NCBI GenBank assembly: GCA_041694885.1
Contig: JBGFRX010000025.1
Coordinates: forward strand, 1 to 10,547
Reading direction: 5' to 3'
Source of the DNA: Candidatus Micrarchaeota archaeon
GTDB lineage: Archaea > Micrarchaeota > Micrarchaeia > Anstonellales > Bilamarchaeaceae
DNA length: 10,547 bases
Within the stretch, counting starts at the first letter, position 1, and each line of letters opens with the position of its first letter. Positions 1 through 6,083 of this stretch are shown one piece after another. Both the position numbers and the translations under genes were made by a program. The notes below the pieces were generated by a model, which made no database searches, had not been told where the DNA came from, and was given only the letters and a program-made list of their open reading frames with translations.

Positions 1-16
1 GCTGATATTCGACCAC

Positions 17-44
17 CAGGACTCGGAACTCGAGACCGGGGACC
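17..44. repeat. Degenerate 7-bp tandem repeat (NRRRACY x4)
   Basis: caggact-cggaact-cgagacc-ggggacc. Reverse-orientation equivalents occur at 354-374 and 585-612, and both orientations occur inside the tRNA intron. Confidence 0.55.
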
Positions 45-76
45 GATTCAGGCGCTGCACTGAGACCAGCATAAAT

Positions 77-224
77 TGCAGGGGACAAGATTCGAACTTG
101 TGAAGGCGCTAAGCCACAGGGTTACCGAAGTTCCAGTTTCTGGTTCCGCGTTCAGAACGAAAATCAGAACGGGAAACTGAAAACTTCCTAAGCCCTGCGC
201 GTTTGACCACTCCGCCACCCCTGC
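77..224 (-). tRNA. tRNA-Leu(TAG) with a 64-nt intron at canonical position 37/38 (exons 187-224 and 77-122); CCA not encoded
   Basis: Minus strand reads GCAGGGG-TG-GCGGAGTGGTCAAACGC-G-CAGGG-CT-TAG-G-[intron]-A-CCCTG-TGGCTTAGCGCCTTC-ACAAG-TTCGAAT-CTTGT-CCCCTGC-A. It has a 7-bp acceptor stem, D-loop GG, 5-bp anticodon stem, long variable arm (GGC/GCC), perfect T arm and discriminator A. Spliced length is 84 nt. Confidence 0.95.
123..186 (-). other. tRNA intron (64 nt), hairpin-forming, with a relaxed bulge-helix-bulge junction
   Basis: Interrupts the anticodon loop after G37. Intron 5' AGTTTTCAGTTTC pairs with intron 3' GAAACTGGAACT (one bulge, one G-U). The central BHB helix CUUA/UCGG has one U-C mismatch. 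Confidence 0.85.
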
Positions 225-316
225 GAACGAAGTGAGCAGGGGCTTGAATCGGGCAGCAGCCCGATTTGGCGGGGCTTTGCCCGAAGCGTCGGGCAAACGG
301 ACCGCCACCCCTGCTC
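212..316. repeat. 13-bp direct repeat of the tRNA 5' end (212-224 and 302-314) bracketing a multi-hairpin palindromic element
   Basis: CCGCCACCCCTGC occurs at 212-224 and 302-314, 90 bp apart. Inverted repeats: 234-242/308-316, 247-254/259-266, 267-272/302-307 and 276-284/289-297. Confidence 0.85.
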
Positions 317-411
317 CATACTTAGGATATAAGCAATGCGGCTGTTACTTTGCGGTTTCCTGTTTTCAGTTCTGGATAGAATATTAGTATCAATACGAAT
401 TTAAACGCTCC

Positions 412-425
412 AAAAGGCTTATTAA
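412..425 (+). promoter_or_regulatory. Putative BRE + TATA box of the dtxR-feoAB operon
   Basis: AAAAGGC-TTATTAA: a purine-rich BRE-like segment followed by a TATA-like box at 419-425, overlapping the operator. A second TTTAAA lies at 400-405. Confidence 0.55.
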
Positions 426-442
426 TTAGGTGCACCTAATTA
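423..442. promoter_or_regulatory. DtxR/SirR/MntR-type operator (perfect 20-bp palindrome)
   Basis: TAATTAGGTG|CACCTAATTA has the TTAGG-N4-CCTAA core typical of DtxR-family boxes. It sits directly downstream of or overlapping the TATA box, upstream of a DtxR-family gene and feoAB. Confidence 0.85.
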
Positions 443-480
443 GGAACATTTATGGGTGATTGCATAGAGGAAAAAATATC

Positions 481-579
481 ATGATGGGTAACGGAATGAT
501 GGGCGGGCGCGGGTTCATCCGGATGGGGCAGTGCCATGCCAACGCGATGGATATGATGGAAGGAGGAATGATGAAGTAA
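481..579 (+). CDS. Putative Met/Gly-rich 32-aa peptide (MMGNGMMGGRGFIRMGQCHANAMDMMEGGMMK)
   Basis: ATG 481 to TAA 577-579, with GAGG at 467-470 upstream. It has 10 Met and 8 Gly in 32 aa and lies between the operator and the regulator gene. It is shorter than any ORF in the supplied track and is not listed there. Confidence 0.5.
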   Translation: MMGNGMMGGRGFIRMGQCHANAMDMMEGGMMK

Positions 580-584
580 TTTCA

Positions 585-612
585 CGTTTCGGGTTTCCAG
601 TTCCTGGTTTTG
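585..612. repeat. Degenerate 7-bp tandem repeat (NGTTYYN x4)
   Basis: cgtttcg-ggtttcc-agttcct-ggttttg in the spacer before the DtxR-family gene. Confidence 0.5.
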
Positions 613-627
613 GTTCAGGCGATAACG

Positions 628-1002
628 ATGAAGCACAGGAAAGAAGTCAGCGAAAATATTGACGAATATATTGAGGAGATGTACCGCTGCGAACTGGAAA
701 AAAGGGAAATAACAACGAAAGGGCTCGCGGAAAAATTGAAAATTTCCATGCCTTCGGTGAGCGAAATGCTCGCGAAATTGAAGGCCAAGGGGCTTGTTGA
801 ATACGAGCCGAGATTGGAGATACGGCTGACTGCAAAGGGAAGAAAGGGGGGCAAAAGAGTATACGCGAAACACAAAACCATTCTCAGCTTCCTTATTTCC
901 CTGGGGATAGACGAAAAGAAGGCGGAAGAGGAGGCATGCAGGATGGAGCACGCGGTCTCTGACGAAGTGGAAAGGCGCATAAGGAAGAAAACGAGCGGAT
1001 GA
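628..1002 (+). CDS. DtxR/MntR-family metal-dependent transcriptional regulator (124 aa, no C-terminal SH3/FeoA domain)
   Basis: 'DEYIEEMY', the wHTH 'TKGLAEKLKISMPSVSEMLAKLKAKGLVEY', 'IRLTAKGR' and the dimerisation/metal motif 'EEACRMEHAVS'. ATG 628 after AGGCGA is preferred over TTG 610. Confidence 0.93.
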   Translation: MKHRKEVSENIDEYIEEMYRCELEKREITTKGLAEKLKISMPSVSEMLAKLKAKGLVEYEPRLEIRLTAKGRKGGKRVYAKHKTILSFLISLGIDEKKAEEEACRMEHAVSDEVERRIRKKTSG

Positions 1003-1006
1003 TCTG

Positions 1007-1312
1007 ATGATAAAGAAACTAATATACAAATTTCTCGATTTCGAGGACGAGGCGCCGCAGGAGCGGAAGAAGCTCTGGAAAGCAGCGGGAATGAAAACGC
1101 TTTATTCGTGCAAGGAGGGAGATCATGTGAACGTAGTCCGCGTCCTTGCCGGGAAAAGGACTTCCAAAAGGCTCGAGGAACTGGGGCTGGTGCCGGGAAC
1201 TGAAATAACCGTGATTTCCAAACCGAAGTTCGGGCCGATAAAGATAATTGTGAAGGGAACATGCCTTGCTCTTGGCGAAAAGGTCGCGTCTAATATTTTT
1301 ATGAGGAGATGA
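1007..1312 (+). CDS. feoA: Ferrous iron transport protein A (FeoA, SH3-like)
   Basis: 'KRLEELGLVPGTEITVISKPKFGPIKIIVKGTCLALGEKVASNI' is the FeoA signature, and the gene lies directly upstream of feoB. An alternative start is ATG 1091. Confidence 0.92.
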   Translation: MIKKLIYKFLDFEDEAPQERKKLWKAAGMKTLYSCKEGDHVNVVRVLAGKRTSKRLEELGLVPGTEITVISKPKFGPIKIIVKGTCLALGEKVASNIFMRR

Positions 1313-1313
1313 T

Positions 1314-3233
1314 ATGAGGTGTCATGGAGGAATAGCCAGGGAATTAGGAAAAAATGCGCCGCGAATCGCGTTGGTGGGAAATGCGAATGTGGGAAAGTCC
1401 ACGTTGTTCAATCATCTTACTGGGCTTTCGCAGCACGTTGCCAACTGGCCAGGAAAGACCGTAGAGGTGGCGAAGGGTGCGCTTCTTCATAATGGAAAGG
1501 AAATAGGAGTAGTGGATTTGCCCGGGGTCTATTCACTTTCCCCGTACACCCCCGAGGAGAGCGTCGCGCGCGATTATCTTATTAACGAAAGGCCATTCAT
1601 CATAAATGTCATCGATTCCACTGCACTGGAAAGAAACCTCTACCTCACGCTCCAGCTCTGCGAGATGGGGCTGCCCTTTGTGATTGCGCTGAACCAGTGG
1701 GACGCCGCAGAAAAGAAAGGAATAGAGATAGACGAAAAGAAGCTTTCTTCAATTCTCGGAGTTCCGGTGGTGAAGGTAGTTGCTACCTGGGGAAAGGGAG
1801 TGCAGGAAACCGTTGAGAAGGCGCTTGAAATCAGAAATGCGCCGAAAGCGCCTGCGTATGGAAAGGAAGCGGAGAAAAGCGCTGCAAGGATCATGAAGGA
1901 GCTGCGCACCAGCAGGTGGGAAGCGTTCCGGCTTCTTCAGGGAGAAGCAAGGGCTAAGGGCGCAGGTGCAGGAAAGATCGCTGCGGAGAGGAAAGCGCTT
2001 GAGAAAATGCACGGGCACGGAATCGAGACGATCGTCTCCGCGGAACGCTACGCGGCGGTAAGTGAAATAATCGGGAAGGTGGCGAAGGCGAAACACAAGA
2101 AAGGAGTTTCGCTCATGGAAAGGATGGACGAGCTTGCAACGCACGGGATTTTAGGATATGCGATGCTTTTTGCTGCGCTGGCAATTGTCTTTCAGATAGT
2201 GTTTGCAGGAGGGGGCTGGATAAGCGAATGGATGGGAGAAGGATTCGAGACGTACGTTCATCCGCTTTTTGATGCGGTTTCAGCAGCAGCGGTTTTTCCT
2301 TATTCGGAAACGATTTTCACCAGTGCGTACACGGCGCTCATGGTGAGCTCCCAGATTGTGCTGGCTTACATACTGATATTCTACATAATGCTCGCGCTGC
2401 TTGAGGACAGTGGATATATAACCAGGGTATCGTATCTCACTGACCTGCTCATGCAGAGAATAGGGCTGAACGGAAGGGCGTTCATCCCCATGCTGCTGGG
2501 ATACGGATGTACGGTTCCAACAGTGCTGAGCACGCGGCTGCTCGGGACGGAAAAGGAAAGGTTCATGGTCTCGCTGCTCTCCACCTTCCTTCCGTGCGCC
2601 GCCCGCGCTGCGGTAATTTTTGGACTTGTTGGGGCATTCTTCGGACCACAGGTCGCGCTTGCTGTTTATGCATTCGATCTGGTCCTGGTGTTCTTCGTGG
2701 GAAGGGTGATGAACTCGATACTTCCCATGCCCAACATAGGAATGATAATGGAGATGCCCTCGTTCAAGGTTCCTTCGCTCAGGAGCATTGCAGTGAAAAG
2801 TTATGCGAGAGTGATGGGATTTGTGGCATTCGCCCTTCCCATAATCATAGTCTCAAGCATCATACTGGATGTGCTAAACGAAGCTGGGATGCTCACTGGA
2901 ATAAAGGAGATTTTCACGCCCATAGTGGCGCTGTTTGGGCTGCCTTCAATAGTGATAATACCGCTCATACTTGGGATACTGAGGAAGGAACTTGCGCTCA
3001 TAATGCTTGCGCAGTTCGCTGGAACAACGGATTTCGCCGCACTGTTCACACCGAAGCAGATGATCGTGTATTCCATCATAACTATGGTTTACATACCTTG
3101 CATTGCCACTATAGCAGCACTCGTGAAGGAGAGCGGATGGAAGCGCACTGCTGCGATTACGGGAATAAATTTACTGACTGCGCTTGTGATTGGTATAGTA
3201 GCTAATTACGTGCTCTCGTTCTTCCTGGTCTGA
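1314..3233 (+). CDS. feoB: Ferrous iron transport protein B (FeoB; N-terminal GTPase plus membrane domain)
   Basis: G1 GNANVGKST, G2 NWPGKTVE, G3 DLPGVYSL, G4 NQWD; membrane motifs LEDSGY, GYGCTVP, FLPCAAR, MEMP, RKE and YIPCIATIA. Confidence 0.97.
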   Translation: MRCHGGIARELGKNAPRIALVGNANVGKSTLFNHLTGLSQHVANWPGKTVEVAKGALLHNGKEIGVVDLPGVYSLSPYTPEESVARDYLINERPFIINVIDSTALERNLYLTLQLCEMGLPFVIALNQWDAAEKKGIEIDEKKLSSILGVPVVKVVATWGKGVQETVEKALEIRNAPKAPAYGKEAEKSAARIMKELRTSRWEAFRLLQGEARAKGAGAGKIAAERKALEKMHGHGIETIVSAERYAAVSEIIGKVAKAKHKKGVSLMERMDELATHGILGYAMLFAALAIVFQIVFAGGGWISEWMGEGFETYVHPLFDAVSAAAVFPYSETIFTSAYTALMVSSQIVLAYILIFYIMLALLEDSGYITRVSYLTDLLMQRIGLNGRAFIPMLLGYGCTVPTVLSTRLLGTEKERFMVSLLSTFLPCAARAAVIFGLVGAFFGPQVALAVYAFDLVLVFFVGRVMNSILPMPNIGMIMEMPSFKVPSLRSIAVKSYARVMGFVAFALPIIIVSSIILDVLNEAGMLTGIKEIFTPIVALFGLPSIVIIPLILGILRKELALIMLAQFAGTTDFAALFTPKQMIVYSIITMVYIPCIATIAALVKESGWKRTAAITGINLLTALVIGIVANYVLSFFLV

Positions 3234-3236
3234 GGA

Positions 3237-3249
3237 GAAAATAAAAAAA
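3237..3249 (-). terminator. Putative oligo-T archaeal terminator between convergent genes
   Basis: The minus strand reads TTTTTTTATTTTC immediately after the stop codon of the 3251-4252 gene. Confidence 0.45.
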
Positions 3250-3250
3250 C

Positions 3251-4252
3251 TCAGTTGATGCATCCGCCGGTCGCAGCTGCGCCAGAACTCGAAAGGGTGA
3301 CGTTGCATTCAGCAGGCGCAACGTTGAACGCGTTGCATATCATCTGCTTCGCGCCTTCGGGGGTGCGGGGCATGTTCACCACCACGCCGTTGAGCGCCAC
3401 TGTCGGCGAACCGGCTACGCCGTATTTGTCGTTGTCCTCCTTGTGTATGGGGTATCTCGGATAATTCTCCGAAGTCGTCTCATTTATTCCGAACGAGGAA
3501 TAGACGTCCGAAATGCACGTGGAAACGTTTGCCGCATCTATTGCCGTGCTGTTCATGCATGCGTTTGCGTCCCGGCTGTTCACGAAGCATTTGAGGTAAG
3601 CCCAGTATTTGTCCGCCTGGTTCTGCATTATGCAGTATTGCCTTGTGTTCTCCTGTATTTCCCGTGCTCCTTGCATAGTATAGCCTACAAACTTTATCGA
3701 GATATTTGCTTTGTCGCCAAGCAGCTTCTGTACAGGAATGAATGCCTCCTGTATCTGTATTCCATACGGGCAGTAGCTCATCACGAAAACCTCTACCGTG
3801 GGTTTGTCGCTTTTGGGCGCTTCGCTCAGCTGCTGCTCGCCACTTCTGTTCTGGTTATTCGCCTGTGCTTCCAGCAGCTTGACCTGCGAATAGAAGTCGT
3901 CTATTTTCATCGCGCTACCGTACATATATTCCATATCTCTCGAAACCGGGACAGGAAGCGGCCTTCCGGTGTTGTCAGTGAAATTCAGCATTATGTACTG
4001 GCCGTTATCCTCAGCTCCGTTGAACGTGAGCGTCGTTTTCTGCCCGAAATTCACGCTTATGTATGTTTCTATCGTTTCCTTGAGCTTGATCAGTTTTTCA
4101 GTGGAAACGTTTACGTTTTTCGTAATATTGTTCGATAAACTCGCATTCGTTCCTCCGTCTATTCCTTGCGGAAGTCCGGTTGCGAGAAAATAGCCAATCG
4201 CGAGCGCGGCTATTGCAACTATCCCATAAATTATGAGTTCATTGTTTTTCAT
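3251..4252 (-). CDS. Membrane-anchored, exported thioredoxin-fold (DsbA/GILT-like) protein with a monothiol CPYG site
   Basis: N-terminal hydrophobic anchor (LIIYGIVAIAALAIGYFLA), 'PTVEVFVMSYCPYG', cis-Pro loop 'YGVAGSPTVALNG' and 8 Cys. GGTGA RBS at 4259-4263. Confidence 0.8.
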   Translation of the reverse strand: MKNNELIIYGIVAIAALAIGYFLATGLPQGIDGGTNASLSNNITKNVNVSTEKLIKLKETIETYISVNFGQKTTLTFNGAEDNGQYIMLNFTDNTGRPLPVPVSRDMEYMYGSAMKIDDFYSQVKLLEAQANNQNRSGEQQLSEAPKSDKPTVEVFVMSYCPYGIQIQEAFIPVQKLLGDKANISIKFVGYTMQGAREIQENTRQYCIMQNQADKYWAYLKCFVNSRDANACMNSTAIDAANVSTCISDVYSSFGINETTSENYPRYPIHKEDNDKYGVAGSPTVALNGVVVNMPRTPEGAKQMICNAFNVAPAECNVTLSSSGAAATGGCIN

Positions 4253-4290
4253 TCCAATTCACCCTTCCGGTTTTATTTGTCCCACAAGTC

Positions 4291-4306
4291 ATTTATATCC
4301 CTTTCT
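4291..4306 (-). promoter_or_regulatory. Putative BRE + TATA promoter of the 3251-4252 gene
   Basis: The minus strand reads AGAAAGGG-ATATAAAT about 40 bp upstream of the ATG. Confidence 0.6.
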
Positions 4307-4324
4307 TTTTTATTTTTATTGGGT

Positions 4325-5092
4325 TTAGTAGGAATCCAACACCTTCTGGAAAATCTCATACGGGAACGCGCCCTTTATGAAGAACGCGTAATCTCCTTCC
4401 GCATTTTTGGAAAGCGCAAGCATTCCCTTTGCCGCATAGTCCGGGTATTCGGAAAGAACCGCGAGCATTTTCGTCTCATTCGCGGTTTTCGGAAGGATGA
4501 CAACAGAAGACGGTGTACCTGAAATTCCATAATCCAATGCGTCTGAAATATCCGCGGAAATCTGCGACTCATAATCAGCGCCTGCATAGCACGATAAGAA
4601 CGCCTCCTGATTTATTCCAAAGGAGCCGGCATATTCGGAGAATTTCTGCGAAAGCGAATTGGCAGAAAGCCCCTCCCATTCCTGCTGCTTTGAGAAAAGG
4701 AGGGCATGCATCTCCCAGTATTTTCCGTGCGCGCCCGCGCACCTGGCAGCGGTCGCAGCGCTCTTCGCATTCTTATGAATCTGCGAAAGAGGGAAATCGC
4801 GCAAATAGTAATTTACCTTTCCATCCTTCACATAGTTCTCCTCTATTTTTTGGAATGTGTTTTCCGCATGCCTTTTGCAGTACGGGCACTGATAGTCGGT
4901 GAATTCCACAATGGTTATAGGCGCGTTTTGATTTCCGATAACCGGATTGGTGCCTGTTCCGATTTTGAAGGAAAGGTTGGTTATAGTTGTGCTGTCTTCC
5001 GGAACCGCACCAGGGCAGCCGGCAAGGAAAAGCGAAAATAAAAAGAGAAACGCAGCGTTTGCGAAAGACGCATATTTTGCATTCATGTTCAT
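4325..5092 (-). CDS. DsbA-family thiol-disulfide oxidoreductase, probable lipoprotein (255 aa)
   Basis: 'GNQNAPITIVEFTDYQCPYCK', 'RDFPL..IH..A..AA.AARCA', 'GISGTPS', 'GAFPYEIF'; lipobox-like 'FLFSLFLAGC'. ATG 5092 overlaps the upstream stop (ATGA); an alternative start is 5086. Confidence 0.9.
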   Translation of the reverse strand: MNMNAKYASFANAAFLFLFSLFLAGCPGAVPEDSTTITNLSFKIGTGTNPVIGNQNAPITIVEFTDYQCPYCKRHAENTFQKIEENYVKDGKVNYYLRDFPLSQIHKNAKSAATAARCAGAHGKYWEMHALLFSKQQEWEGLSANSLSQKFSEYAGSFGINQEAFLSCYAGADYESQISADISDALDYGISGTPSSVVILPKTANETKMLAVLSEYPDYAAKGMLALSKNAEGDYAFFIKGAFPYEIFQKVLDSY

Positions 5093-5586
5093 TTGTTCTC
5101 CCCTTTGTATACTCCCGAGTAGGAATGGGATGTCTTTTCCAGAAGTTTCACGAATACGAGTTGCCCTATCTTCGCATTCCTCTTCAGCACTGTGCCGTGC
5201 GGGTTTGCGACGATGAGGAGCGCCTCGCTTCTTCCCTCGTAGCCCGGGTCCCATACGGCGCATTCCAGCGTGATTCCTGAGCGCAGGAGGGAGGAACGGG
5301 GAAAGCAGAATGCAGCCGTATCCAGGGGAATATGCACATATTCGTTGAATATGACTTTGTACGCGCCGTGCTGGAGCCGTATCTCCTCTCCTGCAAAGGG
5401 AATGAGCTCCACCTCGCTTATCTTCCTCTCCTTGTTGTCGAAGTCGATTTTTCCCGCATTTTTGTAGGAATATGCTTCCTTAAGCGTTACGTCCACTCCT
5501 GCTGGCTGGAACTGGCTTTCCTCTATCGTCTCGCGCACGTGGCTGCCTTTCAGGAGCAGTTCTTTTGGTAGAATCAACGTCCCCAC
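5089..5586 (-). CDS. dut: Archaeal trimeric dUTPase / dCTP-deaminase-family protein (most likely dUTPase)
   Basis: 'QFQPAGVDVTL', 'FPRSSLLRSG', 'AVWDPGYEGR', 'IGQLVF' and C-terminal 'YSGVYKGE'. GTG start. dUTPase versus dCTP deaminase is not proven from sequence alone. Confidence 0.8.
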   Translation of the reverse strand: MGTLILPKELLLKGSHVRETIEESQFQPAGVDVTLKEAYSYKNAGKIDFDNKERKISEVELIPFAGEEIRLQHGAYKVIFNEYVHIPLDTAAFCFPRSSLLRSGITLECAVWDPGYEGRSEALLIVANPHGTVLKRNAKIGQLVFVKLLEKTSHSYSGVYKGENK

Positions 5587-5589
5587 CTT

Positions 5590-6048
5590 CTATTCATCCG
5601 GAGCGTAGCTGTATTCCGCAAGCGCTGTCTTGTATTCGTAAAGTTCTTCGGATTTGAAGAACCGTTTTATTTCCTTTTCCGCCGTCTCGATGGAATCGCT
5701 TCCGTGGATTATGTTGCGGGAGGTGCTGATGCTGAAGTCGCCCCTTATGGTTCCGGGAGCCGCCTTCCTCGAATTAGTGGAGCCCATCATGTCCCGAACG
5801 ACCTGGACACATTCTTTTCCCTCCAGTGCCATCGCCACTATCGGATGATGAGTCATGAATTTTTCCAGATCAGGGTAGAACGGCTTGGAACTAAGGTGGA
5901 AATAATGCTCCTTTGAAAGTTCCCTGCTCATCTTGAGCATCTTCATCCCTATTACACTCAAGCCGCGCGCCTCGAAGCGCGCGATTATTTTTCCGACCAG
6001 CCCGCGCTGGATAGCATCCGGTTTTATCAGGATCAACGTTCTTTCCAT
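5590..6048 (-). CDS. ndk: Nucleoside diphosphate kinase
   Basis: 'ERTLILIKPDAIQRGLVG', 'PGTIRGDF' and the active-site 'NIIHGSDS'; GGTGA RBS. Confidence 0.98.
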   Translation of the reverse strand: MERTLILIKPDAIQRGLVGKIIARFEARGLSVIGMKMLKMSRELSKEHYFHLSSKPFYPDLEKFMTHHPIVAMALEGKECVQVVRDMMGSTNSRKAAPGTIRGDFSISTSRNIIHGSDSIETAEKEIKRFFKSEELYEYKTALAEYSYAPDE

Positions 6049-6083
6049 GGTTTCACCGCGTTGGTTAATGAAAAGAAAAAGAG

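Noticed and set aside
48..308. 86-aa minus-strand ORF
   Set aside because: It reads straight through the tRNA-Leu gene and its palindromic leader and has no protein-like features.
225..314. Upstream 90-bp element as a second tRNA gene or a second intron
   Set aside because: It has an acceptor-like stem but no D-loop GG, no TTCRA T-loop and no 7-nt anticodon loop. I could not build a BHB at its junctions, and the tRNA is complete without it.
212..314. Mini CRISPR array or attL/attR of an integrated element
   Set aside because: There are only two 13-bp copies, the spacer is palindromic, no cas or integrase gene is in the window, and there is no cargo.
327..332. TTATAT (minus strand) as the tRNA TATA box
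   Set aside because: It is only about 13 bp from the duplicated 5' end and has no BRE, so the tRNA promoter cannot be assigned confidently.
436..1262. Minus-strand ORFs 436-1029, 615-1262 and 647-835
   Set aside because: They are antisense shadows of the regulator and feoA genes, with no motifs.
2507..3205. 232-aa Cys/His-rich plus-strand ORF inside feoB
   Set aside because: It is an alternative frame of a hydrophobic coding region, and its composition is explained by feoB codons.
5093..5263. 57-aa Arg-rich N-terminal extension of the DsbA ORF
   Set aside because: It overlaps the dUTPase gene out of frame. The real signal peptide begins at the ATGA-coupled ATG 5092.
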